A stretch of 64,000 nt of DNA from a virus (IMGVR_UViG_3300042483_000388); one strand, 5' to 3'. Positions 27,554-38,237 are shown, numbered from the stretch's first letter. Numbers and translations are program-made. The notes: generated by a model not told the origin, from the letters alone.

Positions 27554-27907
27554 ATGTCACATCCAATATTACACGCAAAAAGTTCGGCAAAGAAGTTCGG
27601 AGGAAAATGGGAAGATTATATTCATCTCCATAATTATCTTGATGAAACAAAAGCTTGGTATGGTCATTCATTTCATAGAATGTTTCGTCATCATTCGGAG
27701 GGTATATTTGAGATGCAAGAACGTTTTGGTGAGACCTTCGTAAATAGTGATGGTAAAACCGTTTACACTCGTTACGTCGGAGAACAACACGTCAAAGAGG
27801 ATTGTGATGGATACATTCCAACTGCAAGAGAATGGATAATGGTTTTAGAAACAAAACAAAGACCTACGTGGGTTACAAAAACTCAGAAATTAGAGTTTGA
27901 AGATTGA
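27554..27907 (+). CDS. DUF6915-like His-rich protein
   Basis: MSHPILHAKSSAKKFGG...HRMFRHHSEGIF...EQHVKED. Confidence 0.7.
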   Translation: MSHPILHAKSSAKKFGGKWEDYIHLHNYLDETKAWYGHSFHRMFRHHSEGIFEMQERFGETFVNSDGKTVYTRYVGEQHVKEDCDGYIPTAREWIMVLETKQRPTWVTKTQKLEFED

Positions 27908-27909
27908 AG

Positions 27910-27916
27910 TATTTAT
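27910..27916 (+). promoter_or_regulatory. TATTTAT motif
   Basis: 4 nt before ATG27921. Confidence 0.6.
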
Positions 27917-27920
27917 TAAT

Positions 27921-28625
27921 ATGGAATTAACCGATAAAGAAAAACAAGAATTTAGAAAATTTAAAATGCTTCTTTTGGCTTACGATGATCCTGGTGAGTG
28001 GTATGCGAGTATACCGTATGATTATTATTATGATAGTGAAAACCCAATAGAATGGGATAATGCGGATACTTATTTTTACCATAAAAAAGAAAAAATTGAG
28101 ATACCCCCATTTGTAGAATCTTATTTTTATAGGAACGTTAAGGGTATAGAATCTGAGAACGTAATATCTAATACTGTACCTGAGAATTCTAAAGAGAGAG
28201 GTGAAATAATTTTTACTATTGACACACAAACCAATGAGTTAAAGTTTGATATAAATCATTTTACCCTTAAAGAAGATATGAATGTTTACGAAACAACAAT
28301 TCAGAATATATTGGAAAATTATGTTTACAAACCAGAAGAATACCGTAGTGAAATAATGGGTTTATCTAACAAAAACAACATTGATGAGGTTAATTTTGAT
28401 GGGGCACAAGGGTACGGAGATTATAGTCAACTTTACTATGATTCAAGATTAGTCAATAATTTAGTTGATGGTGTTCTTGACAAGTTTGATGTTAAAGATT
28501 GGGACGAAGAATATGGTGGAAATGGAAGTGTAAAAATTGATTATGGTAAAGATAAAATAACATTAAATATTACTGAATATCTTGAGGATGAGGTTATAGT
28601 AAATTATAAAAAATATAAAATTTAA
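27921..28625 (+). CDS. Hypothetical protein, distant paralog of 28631
   Basis: MELT..(E/Q) start; FDGAQGYGD...EEYGGNGSVKID. Confidence 0.65.
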   Translation: MELTDKEKQEFRKFKMLLLAYDDPGEWYASIPYDYYYDSENPIEWDNADTYFYHKKEKIEIPPFVESYFYRNVKGIESENVISNTVPENSKERGEIIFTIDTQTNELKFDINHFTLKEDMNVYETTIQNILENYVYKPEEYRSEIMGLSNKNNIDEVNFDGAQGYGDYSQLYYDSRLVNNLVDGVLDKFDVKDWDEEYGGNGSVKIDYGKDKITLNITEYLEDEVIVNYKKYKI

Positions 28626-28630
28626 TTAGA

Positions 28631-29374
28631 ATGGAATTAACACCACAACAAATAAAAGACTTAAAAAGATATTCATTACTTCTACAAGCAAATAATTTGG
28701 AAGACGGATTAACATGGACCATACAATATTGGGAGGGAGACGGATTCCAAGGACTTGAAGGTCCTTACTATAATGGTAGGTCTTCAGACCATATAGGGTT
28801 CACACCAAAATCAATTGAAGATTTATTTGAAGATTATTCAAATCAATTTAACACAGATGAATTTTATAATGAAGATTTTGGATATGAAGATGGTTCACTA
28901 TCATTCACAATTTATGCTGATAGACAAGAAATTGTAATCGATAGAAACTACAGAACAAGAGAAAGTGAAAATACCGAAAATAGGGTTAGTTTTGAACAGA
29001 TAAATTCAGCCGAACAACATTGGTGGGGACGAAATGATCGTGAACGTGAAATAAAAAAATTAACAAATGACAATTATGTTAATAAGTTAATTGAGGAGTA
29101 TGGTAATACAATTACCATATCTTATGAAGGTGGCGGTGATGATGGTTGGTTAAATGATAATATGGATACCGAAAAACAAGGTTCTGTGACCGTTCCACCA
29201 CTACTTGAATCTATGATATATGAGATTATTAGTATTTATCATAGTGGTTATGAAAACAATGAAGGTGGTTATGGTGCGATAACTTTGGATTTAGTTAACA
29301 AGTATGCTAATATTGATCACACATCATATTATGATGGTGATGATAATGAAACGGTTGAGACAATAAAGTTTTAA
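28631..29374 (+). CDS. DUF6878-like protein
   Basis: ITISYEGGGDDG...GYENNEGGYGAITLD. Confidence 0.65.
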   Translation: MELTPQQIKDLKRYSLLLQANNLEDGLTWTIQYWEGDGFQGLEGPYYNGRSSDHIGFTPKSIEDLFEDYSNQFNTDEFYNEDFGYEDGSLSFTIYADRQEIVIDRNYRTRESENTENRVSFEQINSAEQHWWGRNDREREIKKLTNDNYVNKLIEEYGNTITISYEGGGDDGWLNDNMDTEKQGSVTVPPLLESMIYEIISIYHSGYENNEGGYGAITLDLVNKYANIDHTSYYDGDDNETVETIKF

Positions 29375-29379
29375 CTTGA

Positions 29380-29386
29380 TATTTAT
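29380..29386 (+). promoter_or_regulatory. TATTTAT motif
   Basis: 5 nt before ATG29392. Confidence 0.6.
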
Positions 29387-29391
29387 TTAAG

Positions 29392-30255
29392 ATGGAAAAT
29401 CTAATAAAAGAAGACGTATCAAGAATGTTATCAATAATGGGGGTTCAAACTCTAAATGAGGCATACTACCAAGAGTGTTCAAGATTCTTTGGTGATAATG
29501 AAAAACTACAAGTTTGTAAAAGAATTGCTAGTCTTAAAAGTTGGTTACATAAAGATGATGGACTTGGAATGAAGGCCATTATAAATGACAAACTTACCGA
29601 ACTTAAAACAGATGTTCCTGAAAATTTAAAAGAAAAGTTTATTAATGCGGCTTACCTGTTACAAAACTTAGGTAAGATAACTAAAAGACAAACACAGAGT
29701 TTTATTATAAATAGAGTTGAGGGGGCTAAACTTATTTATGTTAATGGTGAATGGCAACCAGTAAACAAATTAAATACAAATTATTCTGATTTGGCAGAAC
29801 TTATAACTGATCTACTTTATAGAGGTGGAGACAACGCTAAACCATCCATTGATAGTATAATAGCTGATCCAAAATCAGGATTGTTAGGGATTAAAAAATA
29901 CCTCCCAAGATTAGTTGGTAAATATTTTGAGGACTCAAAAGAGTTGTTGGGATATACAAAAAACATTCAAAGATCAAGTGATATAGGTGAGGTTGCTGAA
30001 AACGAAGTTAAATCTAAATTGGAAGATATTAGATTTGTTAGTGAATACACTGGTGGTAATGGTGATTTAATTGATATGGTATTTGGTACTGACCTTATTA
30101 TGTCAAGAGACGATGTCGGAACTAAGACTATCCAAGTTAAAAATTCAGAATGGGCATGGGATAGAAGTGATAGTTATAGTTACGTTGATTGGGTAATTAT
30201 TGCAAATCCATTTACAATATACGACAATAAAACAAAACAAAAAGTTGAGTTGTGA
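29392..30255 (+). CDS. Leader-bearing protein with C-terminal PD-(D/E)xK-like motif
   Basis: MENLIKEDVSRMLSIMGVQTLNE; EVKSKL...GTDLIM...TIQVKN. Confidence 0.55.
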   Translation: MENLIKEDVSRMLSIMGVQTLNEAYYQECSRFFGDNEKLQVCKRIASLKSWLHKDDGLGMKAIINDKLTELKTDVPENLKEKFINAAYLLQNLGKITKRQTQSFIINRVEGAKLIYVNGEWQPVNKLNTNYSDLAELITDLLYRGGDNAKPSIDSIIADPKSGLLGIKKYLPRLVGKYFEDSKELLGYTKNIQRSSDIGEVAENEVKSKLEDIRFVSEYTGGNGDLIDMVFGTDLIMSRDDVGTKTIQVKNSEWAWDRSDSYSYVDWVIIANPFTIYDNKTKQKVEL

Positions 30256-31286
30256 TATTAGATAAAACAAAAAAATTACTTGAAAAACTTTACATTAAAG
30301 GTGAAATGACAATTAGAGAAATCCAAGAATTAACTGGATTATCAATTGAAGAAATAATTTTTACAATTAAAGATGTGGAAACGGTAATTGATTGTGAAAT
30401 GGCATCCGATTTAATTTGGTATCTTTCACATTATACAGACATGTTAAAAGAAGATTTTTCAACCAACGAATATAAACTTGAGATTCTACTTAACAATGAG
30501 GGTTCCTCCGACTTTGTTTTCATTCAAGGTGAATATGAATTAACAGGTTACGCAACGCCATATTATGATGGTGAGTGTGAACTACCTATTGATGGTAATG
30601 GTATTTACGATAAAATACTTAATATGAGTTATGATGAATATCTTGATGAAACAATAGTCATAAGTAATATACCAAAAAGTTTTAATACGATAAGTGAGTT
30701 AGTTAATTGGTATAATAAAAAATACCCAAAATTAGTTATGTCAAAAATACCTACTTTACTTTATTGGTATACTGAACGTTTACAAGAAAAAATGAACGAT
30801 CAAAATGAAGAAAACTATGACGATAGTTTGAATGAAAACTTTGACCAAATATTAGATTTTTACAAAAAAGTAAAAGAAGGTGGGAAGTTAAGGTCATCAG
30901 AGGAAGCGATGATGAGATCCTTTAAGAAACATGTCGATAAAGGTGGTAATGCGGAAGACTTTGTATATGACCTTGATAAAGAGATGGAACCTGACCAAAG
31001 AGAAGGACAGGTGTTTGATTACAATATAGGAGGATCTAATTTAAAATATACTTTCTCTGAAGAATACGAAGAAGATGGTGATGACCACTATTTTGGTGAA
31101 ATTAAATATAGAGGACAAGAATATCTCGGTATAATCTATACGGATAAAAAAGGTTATGTTTTAGGGTATGATTTCTATAACACCGGAGACCAAGACAACA
31201 GATTACAGGATATGATGGAAGAAGAAGATTTAAGTGACGAATTAACCTTCTTTTTTCAAGGGGAAGTTATTGATAATTTAAGATAA
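30252..31286 (+). CDS. Two-module hypothetical protein (GTG start)
   Basis: GYATPYYDGECELP module shared with 33646; internal LNE boundary. Confidence 0.65.
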   Translation: MILDKTKKLLEKLYIKGEMTIREIQELTGLSIEEIIFTIKDVETVIDCEMASDLIWYLSHYTDMLKEDFSTNEYKLEILLNNEGSSDFVFIQGEYELTGYATPYYDGECELPIDGNGIYDKILNMSYDEYLDETIVISNIPKSFNTISELVNWYNKKYPKLVMSKIPTLLYWYTERLQEKMNDQNEENYDDSLNENFDQILDFYKKVKEGGKLRSSEEAMMRSFKKHVDKGGNAEDFVYDLDKEMEPDQREGQVFDYNIGGSNLKYTFSEEYEEDGDDHYFGEIKYRGQEYLGIIYTDKKGYVLGYDFYNTGDQDNRLQDMMEEEDLSDELTFFFQGEVIDNLR

Positions 31287-32398
31287 TGAAATATGTAATT
31301 ACAGAAAATCAACATAAAATAATGTCCGAAGAAAATATTCGTAAGTTATGTTATGCCATTTGGGATAAACAAAAAAAGAAGGGAGAAGAACCCAATCTTG
31401 ATGATGTGATTTATGATATTACCGGCATCAAAAAAAACACTCGTGAAGATTATGATACGATTAGACCTTTATGGTATGAATATAACGGAGGTTATGATGT
31501 GTTGTTTGAAAAACTTAAAGATGAAATTGATACCAAGGAATATAAGTTAGTTGAGGGTGAATTTGATTTGGAAACAACAATTAAAGTTGTTCATCTTGAT
31601 GTTAGTGGAACTCATTGGGTTGAAATTATGGTTGATGTTGATCCTCGTGGAACTATAGAATTTCATGGTTGGAACGAAGAAACCGAGGAAGAATATGTGG
31701 TGAACGACACAATAGATGCTGCTTACCATGAGGCGTTACTTAATTATGAAGGTGCCGATTTCCAAGGAATGATTAGAAGTTCAGTATATGATTTCTTTTA
31801 TGACTTATTAGAAAAATACGGAATTCCAATTGATGTGGATATTGACTTACAAGAAATACATGGAGCACCTTATGGGATAAATGAAAACCAACAAAAACCT
31901 AACAGAAAATCTGACATAATTAAAAATATATGGGATAAAGAAGAAGAGGAAAAAGGTTATGCCACATTTGATGAAGACATTCTTCAATATTTTAATATAA
32001 CTGATGCCCAAGATAAATATAATTATGCAACTTTGTTTACCGATTATATTGGAGGATTTGATAAAGCCTTTAAAATTATTGACAAAATAACGATGAATGA
32101 TTTTAACACAAAAGATTTTCCTAAGAAAATTGTTGGTGGATATAATTTTGAATGGATAATTAGTAATTTAGGTGTAAAAGATGGTGAAGTTTTAATGGAG
32201 AGTGAAATTGCCAATGGGGGAACGGTAACCCTTATTGGTGATGGTAGAACGGTTACTTTATATGATGCTATACGTAATAACGACTATGGTTGGGAAATTG
32301 AAAGTGAAGTCAGGGAAGTGGTAGAAAACTGTATGAATTTTTTAATAAGACCTAAAACAGGAATAAAAATAGGTGTCCAATATGTTTCTATCAAATGA
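31286..32398 (+). CDS. Leader-bearing two-module protein
   Basis: MKYVITENQ; internal GINE; C-terminal module paralogous to 32799. Confidence 0.7.
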   Translation: MKYVITENQHKIMSEENIRKLCYAIWDKQKKKGEEPNLDDVIYDITGIKKNTREDYDTIRPLWYEYNGGYDVLFEKLKDEIDTKEYKLVEGEFDLETTIKVVHLDVSGTHWVEIMVDVDPRGTIEFHGWNEETEEEYVVNDTIDAAYHEALLNYEGADFQGMIRSSVYDFFYDLLEKYGIPIDVDIDLQEIHGAPYGINENQQKPNRKSDIIKNIWDKEEEEKGYATFDEDILQYFNITDAQDKYNYATLFTDYIGGFDKAFKIIDKITMNDFNTKDFPKKIVGGYNFEWIISNLGVKDGEVLMESEIANGGTVTLIGDGRTVTLYDAIRNNDYGWEIESEVREVVENCMNFLIRPKTGIKIGVQYVSIK

Positions 32399-32799
32399 AA
32401 ATAATACTATCTGAACAACAATATGTAATGTTATCTGAGTCAAAATTAAACCCAATGCAAAATCTTATTGACATGGCTTTTGATGAGGTAAAAGAAAAAT
32501 GTGAGGGAGGTTCTTATATAAGGTCACACCACAATTACATATGTGACCCAATAGAAATGATTGAAGAAATAAAGGTGGTAGATGTTTCAAAAACGACCTC
32601 TATAGGTTACCTTGAAAAAAAAGAATTATCGTCCATACATATAACCGTTGATATTAATCTTGATTCTATACATGAATATAATAATTTAGACAATTTTATT
32701 TATGAATTACAAGAAGAATCAAGAAATATTATAGGAGGAAAATTAGTATCCATATCAATAGGGGAAGTAACCAATAAACGGAAAGAATTTAATTGGTGA
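32395..32799 (+). CDS. Leader-bearing hypothetical protein
   Basis: MKIILSEQQYVMLSES. Confidence 0.7.
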   Translation: MKIILSEQQYVMLSESKLNPMQNLIDMAFDEVKEKCEGGSYIRSHHNYICDPIEMIEEIKVVDVSKTTSIGYLEKKELSSIHITVDINLDSIHEYNNLDNFIYELQEESRNIIGGKLVSISIGEVTNKRKEFNW

Positions 32800-33356
32800 T
32801 GAAAATAATAATATCTGATAACCAATATAGTCTTTTAAAAGAATCAGTTGCTATTAAAAATATTGAGGCAATTAAAAAGTATTGGAAAAACAAACTAAAA
32901 AAAGGTGAGCAAATTAGATTTGAAAAAGAAGATTTAGTTTTTTGGGGTATTACTACCAGACAAGAAAAATTTTATGCTCAAACGGCTTTTCAGGAATTAG
33001 TCGGAGATGAGGTGTTTACTGAAAAATTCATTAAAAACTTATTAAATAAAACATTTTCAACAAAAGATTTTAACGATATAATTAATATTGGTGGTTATGA
33101 TTTTGAGTGGATAATAACTGAAATGGAATATCGTGATTTTGATTTCTATTTATATGGAAAAACATTACCGGGAGGAACTGTTACTCTTATGGATGGTAGA
33201 CACTTATCTTTAGATGAAGCAACAAATGACGAAGATCTATATTGGGAAATACAAGAAGAAGTTAATGGTGTTGTTCAAGACTGTATGAACGAAATAATTT
33301 TACATGCAACAGGGTATGAGGTAGAAGTATCATCAATAGTAATATCGGAAGAATGA
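32799..33356 (+). CDS. Leader-bearing hypothetical protein
   Basis: MKIIISDNQYSLLKES; TKDF...GGYDFEWII...GGTVTL. Confidence 0.7.
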   Translation: MKIIISDNQYSLLKESVAIKNIEAIKKYWKNKLKKGEQIRFEKEDLVFWGITTRQEKFYAQTAFQELVGDEVFTEKFIKNLLNKTFSTKDFNDIINIGGYDFEWIITEMEYRDFDFYLYGKTLPGGTVTLMDGRHLSLDEATNDEDLYWEIQEEVNGVVQDCMNEIILHATGYEVEVSSIVISEE

Positions 33357-33649
33357 AAATAATAATAACGGAATCTCAAGCGGCATTAATAAGAAGGTTA
33401 AGTGAGTTAGAACAAATTCTTGATACTAATATTAAAGAATTAAACGATGATATAAAAGGTGGTGGACCAGGTAATAAACCTGATAATTTTGGTGTTTATG
33501 AAAATTGGTTGATAAATAGAATTAAAGGTGATTTTGAAGATAATAACCCAAAGATTGAATTTACAAGTCACGATTTTAAGATGTTAGTATCAGGGCAATT
33601 TAACGATAAAATTAGGAAAGGTTTTAATAAAGTTAAAAAGAAAAGATGA
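33353..33649 (+). CDS. Leader-bearing hypothetical protein
   Basis: MKIIITESQ. Confidence 0.65.
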   Translation: MKIIITESQAALIRRLSELEQILDTNIKELNDDIKGGGPGNKPDNFGVYENWLINRIKGDFEDNNPKIEFTSHDFKMLVSGQFNDKIRKGFNKVKKKR

Positions 33650-34221
33650 AAATAATATTATCAGAATCTCAATATAAGAATCTTTTTGAATCCAAAGAAG
33701 AAAAGAAGTCAGACCTTTTATATAGTATGTGGGTGGAGGGAATGTCAATGGATGATATTAAAGATTATACGGGAATGAATATACAACAAATAATTTATTA
33801 TCTTAAAAATAAAGAAATGGACATAGATTGTAAATTTGCTGAGGATTTAGTTATAACTCTTATGTTTAACACTGACTTTATTAATAAAAATTATAATTTT
33901 AACGATGGTCAAATGTTTCTAAACTTAAATTGGGGAGGTTCTGGTGGGTCTGTAGCATTTGAGTTTAATGATAAGGAATATAAGTTAACAGGATGGGCAA
34001 CACCTTATTGGGGTGGTGATTGTGATACTCCTGTTGAAAGTAATTATTTTGAAAATAAAAAAACAGATGAATATGCTGATGAATACGGAAGTACAGGTAA
34101 CCGAATAGAAAACACACCATCAAGTTTTAACTCAATACAGGAACTTATTGATTTTTTAAATAACGATTACCCTAAACAATTAATCAAACCAATAAAAGAA
34201 TTGATTGAAGATTATCTTTAA
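33646..34221 (+). CDS. Leader-bearing hypothetical protein
   Basis: MKIILSESQYKNLFES; GWATPYWGGDCDTP. Confidence 0.7.
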   Translation: MKIILSESQYKNLFESKEEKKSDLLYSMWVEGMSMDDIKDYTGMNIQQIIYYLKNKEMDIDCKFAEDLVITLMFNTDFINKNYNFNDGQMFLNLNWGGSGGSVAFEFNDKEYKLTGWATPYWGGDCDTPVESNYFENKKTDEYADEYGSTGNRIENTPSSFNSIQELIDFLNNDYPKQLIKPIKELIEDYL

Positions 34222-34281
34222 AAGACACGATTTTTTAATGTTAATGTCCAAACAATTTAACAATAAAGTTAAAAAGAAAAG

Positions 34282-34590
34282 ATGAAAATAATATTATCAG
34301 AAAAACAGGCGGAAAGAATCTTTAAGGATAAGGTTACTTGTGATAAGTGCGAAAATTCTTGGGATGTTGAAAATAATAGCAAACATCCTTATTTATGTCA
34401 CGATTGTGGGTGGGACAGCAAGAAGAAAAACTATAACCAAAAAGAACTATTCAACTTTTGGAAGAAGGAACTCACCAAAAAAGAAATTGATGAAAAGTGG
34501 TCGGAAAAATATAAAAAATCAATAAATTGTAATAACCCAAAAGGATTTAGCCAAAAGGCTCATTGTCAGGGTAAGAAAAAGAAAGATTAA
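34282..34590 (+). CDS. Leader-bearing zinc-ribbon protein with basic C-terminal module
   Basis: MKIILSEKQ; CDKC...CHDCGW; IDEKWSEKYKKSINCNNPKGFSQKAHCQG. Confidence 0.7.
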   Translation: MKIILSEKQAERIFKDKVTCDKCENSWDVENNSKHPYLCHDCGWDSKKKNYNQKELFNFWKKELTKKEIDEKWSEKYKKSINCNNPKGFSQKAHCQGKKKKD

Positions 34591-35168
34591 TTATGAACAA
34601 ATAAAACTTTATTTATTTTTAAAATAGATGGTTTTGTTTTTAAGATATCCTCAAAATAATGCCAATCAGCTTCAAAAGAAATTGAATTAAACCCAACTTT
34701 TTTTGCTAATTCTGATTTTACAATAACACACCCCATATCTATTTTACCACTAATTAAGTGTGTGTTCATAAACCCATAAGTTGATTTATTGTGATTACTT
34801 TTATTACTATGTGAATGAACAACATCAAAGTATATAAAATCTTCGTTAAATTTTAAAACTTCATCAACCAAATTTGGTGTGTAATAATTATCGGCATTTG
34901 TTAATAAAACACGTTCAGATAAATTAAGATTTTCTAAAGACCATTTACGTAATATATGACCATAATTTTGAGTCCTAATAGGGTGTTCTATAAAATTTAT
35001 TTTATCATTTAAATAGTTTTCATTTATTATAGATTCTTTTAGGGATGGGTTTGGACCGTCGTGAACAATAAACAGATTCCAATTATCATTAGTTTGACTT
35101 TTTATTGAATTAATAAAACACTTCAAAGATTCTATATGACCATAAGTTACCGCAATTATAGTTATCAT
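34587..35168 (-). CDS. Glycosyltransferase family 2-like
   Basis: IIAVTY, IVHDG, TNADNYY, DMGC, EADW. Confidence 0.75.
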   Translation of the reverse strand: MITIIAVTYGHIESLKCFINSIKSQTNDNWNLFIVHDGPNPSLKESIINENYLNDKINFIEHPIRTQNYGHILRKWSLENLNLSERVLLTNADNYYTPNLVDEVLKFNEDFIYFDVVHSHSNKSNHNKSTYGFMNTHLISGKIDMGCVIVKSELAKKVGFNSISFEADWHYFEDILKTKPSILKINKVLFVHN

Positions 35169-35254
35169 AATTGAATTTTAGTTTAATTTAAATAAATGTA
35201 AAATGGTCATAGTTTATAAAAAATTTTATTACCTTATAATTATTAAAAAAAGTT

Positions 35255-36001
35255 ATGGTTAAACCAATTATAGAACAAAACTCTGGTTATGCTTTAGGTA
35301 ATTTTATAATGTTAACACCAGGAATAAAAAGGTTATCAGAAAAGGTAGGACATAAAATTGATGTTTATTTTACAATACCTTATGTAAAAGAATGCTTTAT
35401 TGATTGTGATTTTATGAATCACGTAGGTAAATTACGAAGAAAACCAACATTCTCCTCAAAAATGATTAATCTAAATGTGCCAGATTATGAATATACGTTT
35501 GAATTAATGGTTAATGAAAAATGGTCTGAAAAATATCACACATATGTTGATACAGCGATGGAGATACCAAAGAATAGTGAGGATTATTTATTATTATTAA
35601 ATGGTTTAGGTGGGTTATCACTTAACGATAATGACCCCAAACCAAAATGGTATGGTAAGAAAGAAATTCCCGAAGAAATATTCAATACCATAAAAGAGAA
35701 TAGTGGTTTACCAATTTATTTTACGGGATCGGAATCAGATATGAAACAAAACCCATGGATGGAAAAAATATGTGATAAGATAGAAATAGGTAATATTAGA
35801 AAATCTTTATCATTGGTAAGAGACGCAAAAAAGATTATCTCAAACGATACTGGATTGGCCCATTGCGCAGGTGCAATGAATAAAGATATATTAATACTTT
35901 GGAAGGATACACCATTTATTAAAAATCAAAATCCAAGTAAAAATACAAAATACTCACAAAAAAATAATTGGTTAGAAGAAATAAAAAAATATTTAAAATA
36001 G
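35255..36001 (+). CDS. Glycosyltransferase family 9-like (heptosyltransferase fold)
   Basis: LGNFIMLTP; IISNDTGLAHCAGAMNK. Confidence 0.75.
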   Translation: MVKPIIEQNSGYALGNFIMLTPGIKRLSEKVGHKIDVYFTIPYVKECFIDCDFMNHVGKLRRKPTFSSKMINLNVPDYEYTFELMVNEKWSEKYHTYVDTAMEIPKNSEDYLLLLNGLGGLSLNDNDPKPKWYGKKEIPEEIFNTIKENSGLPIYFTGSESDMKQNPWMEKICDKIEIGNIRKSLSLVRDAKKIISNDTGLAHCAGAMNKDILILWKDTPFIKNQNPSKNTKYSQKNNWLEEIKKYLK

Positions 36002-36622
36002 ATGGAAATTATAACATTTTACGATAAAAAAATAAAACCATTAGTTGTTGATTTACAAAGAAGAGTTTTTGAAAGATATGGTTTTACAATAAATCAAATA
36101 ATGGTCGATAACTGGACAACACATGGAGACGCTGTTGACAATTATTTGAAAAATTTAAATGATCCTGACGAAATAATTGTTTTATTTGATATTGATGCAA
36201 TTCCATTAAATAAAAAAATAATACCATTTGCTGTTGATTGGGCTAAAAATAACATTGGGTTATTTGGAAATGCTCAGGTTGCTCCCAAATTAAAATCGCC
36301 ACATAATAAGTTTATTTATGCGGCACCATCGTTTTTAGTTTTTAGTGTTAAAACCTATAATATTTTAGGTAGACCATCATTTAATACAACCCAAAGATCT
36401 GATTGTGGTGGAGAACTTTCACACATTGCAAAAGAAAAAGGGTTACCTGTTAATTTATTATTACCAAATCACGCTGAGATAGCTAATTTTGATCTTGATG
36501 GGGTACATAGTTTTGGGTATGGAACTACTTACAGTAATAACACATATCATGCTTTTGAATCAAGATTCGGTAAAAAAGACGTGTTCTTCATTAATAAATG
36601 TAATTCAATATTAGGGATATGA
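36002..36622 (+). CDS. Putative GT-A fold glycosyltransferase
   Basis: VLFDIDAIPL DxD motif; inside GT cluster. Confidence 0.6.
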   Translation: MEIITFYDKKIKPLVVDLQRRVFERYGFTINQIMVDNWTTHGDAVDNYLKNLNDPDEIIVLFDIDAIPLNKKIIPFAVDWAKNNIGLFGNAQVAPKLKSPHNKFIYAAPSFLVFSVKTYNILGRPSFNTTQRSDCGGELSHIAKEKGLPVNLLLPNHAEIANFDLDGVHSFGYGTTYSNNTYHAFESRFGKKDVFFINKCNSILGI

Positions 36623-37317
36623 TTATGGAATATGATTTTTGCGTTTTAATTACAACATATAACAGACCTGAAAAGTTATATAATTTATTAGATGATATTG
36701 AATTTAATAAAAAAAATTATAAAATTCTTGTTGTTGTTTTTGATGATGGAAGCACCGAAAAATTAGACTTAACTAATAGGAATTTGGTCAAAATAGGGAT
36801 GTTCCCAAATATGGGAAAAAGAAAATATTATGTTACTTTTAATGCGACATTTAGTTTTGTTAAAAATGTAAACTCAAAGTATTTTATTTATCTTCCTGAT
36901 GACGTTTCTTTGGTTAATGGTTTTTTCGAGGAATCTAAACGTATTTACGATTCAATAACGTCAACAAAAAAAATATGTTTAAGTATACTCACAGATGATA
37001 GGATTAATAAATCACATTGGGGGTATAGTAACCCTAAAGATTTTGGTGAGTTTTTACAAACACAATGGAATGATTTATGTTTTATTTGTGAAAAAAAATT
37101 CTTTGAATCTCTTAATTACAGACTTGATAAAATTAGTGAAAGTAGATGGATAAATAATCCGAATATAAGTTCTGGTGTAGGACATCAAATAACACAAAGA
37201 TTGAATAGTGGTGGTAAATTTTTATATCACGTCAAAAACTCTTTAGTTAATCACGGAAATCACGAATCTAAAATGAATAAAACTGAAAGAGAAAAAAATA
37301 AACTTATTACTTTATGA
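36619..37317 (+). CDS. Glycosyltransferase family 2
   Basis: LITTYNRP, VFDDGS, YLPDD. Confidence 0.8.
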   Translation: MIMEYDFCVLITTYNRPEKLYNLLDDIEFNKKNYKILVVVFDDGSTEKLDLTNRNLVKIGMFPNMGKRKYYVTFNATFSFVKNVNSKYFIYLPDDVSLVNGFFEESKRIYDSITSTKKICLSILTDDRINKSHWGYSNPKDFGEFLQTQWNDLCFICEKKFFESLNYRLDKISESRWINNPNISSGVGHQITQRLNSGGKFLYHVKNSLVNHGNHESKMNKTEREKNKLITL

Positions 37318-38237
37318 GTGAAAAAACTATAATTAATGTTGCGTCATATAATAGAATTGAAAGTTTAATAAATACAATAAATTCAATATATGATCAATGC
37401 GATGTGATTAACATTTTTTTAAATGATCATACAGGTGAAATACCTGAAAAATTATTAGATAGTAAAATAAATTTATTTTTTTCTGATAATAGTTATGGAG
37501 ACGCATTAAAATTTGCCAAATTAATGGAATCTGACGGTTATTATCTTACAATTGATGATGATTTAATATATCCCCCTAATTATGTAAATTATATGGTGAG
37601 TAGATGTAAAGAATACTCAAATAAAAGAGTTGTAACTTTACATGGAAGAAACTTCCCATCATTTCCAATAAACTCTTATTATAATTCTTATAGAGAATTA
37701 TATCATTGTCTTAAACCACAAAGAAAAAATGTATTAGTTCAATTTGGTGGTACTGGGGTTATGTGTTTTCATACCGACTTAATGAAAATACCAATAGAAT
37801 TTTTTTTATATCCAAACATGGCCGACATATGGGTTGGAAAATATTGTATTGAAAATAATATTGAGATGATTTGTATTACACATCCTGGTGATTTTTTAAA
37901 ATATCAACCTCAAAAATCAACAATTTACGATATAGAATCAAAATCCGATAGTTACCAAACAAATATTGTTAACCAAATTTTTGATCCAAAAATAGAAAAC
38001 AATATTGATAATATTTTGATACCAGTGCAAAGTGAACCAACAGAAAGGCCAATACCTATTATTAGTAAATTAGAAAAGACACCATCAAAAATAAATTATG
38101 ATAAGGTTAATAGTATTTTTAATAAACAAAATCACGTTGGTAAGGTCGTTAGTAAACCAAGTAATGTCATTATTCAAAACCCATCAACTAACACACAAAT
38201 GATACAAAAATTAATGGGTAAACAGAAGCGCAAGTGA
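37314..38237 (+). CDS. Glycosyltransferase family 2-like
   Basis: VASYNR, TIDDDLIYP, GGTG, NMADIW. Confidence 0.75.
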   Translation: MSEKTIINVASYNRIESLINTINSIYDQCDVINIFLNDHTGEIPEKLLDSKINLFFSDNSYGDALKFAKLMESDGYYLTIDDDLIYPPNYVNYMVSRCKEYSNKRVVTLHGRNFPSFPINSYYNSYRELYHCLKPQRKNVLVQFGGTGVMCFHTDLMKIPIEFFLYPNMADIWVGKYCIENNIEMICITHPGDFLKYQPQKSTIYDIESKSDSYQTNIVNQIFDPKIENNIDNILIPVQSEPTERPIPIISKLEKTPSKINYDKVNSIFNKQNHVGKVVSKPSNVIIQNPSTNTQMIQKLMGKQKRK

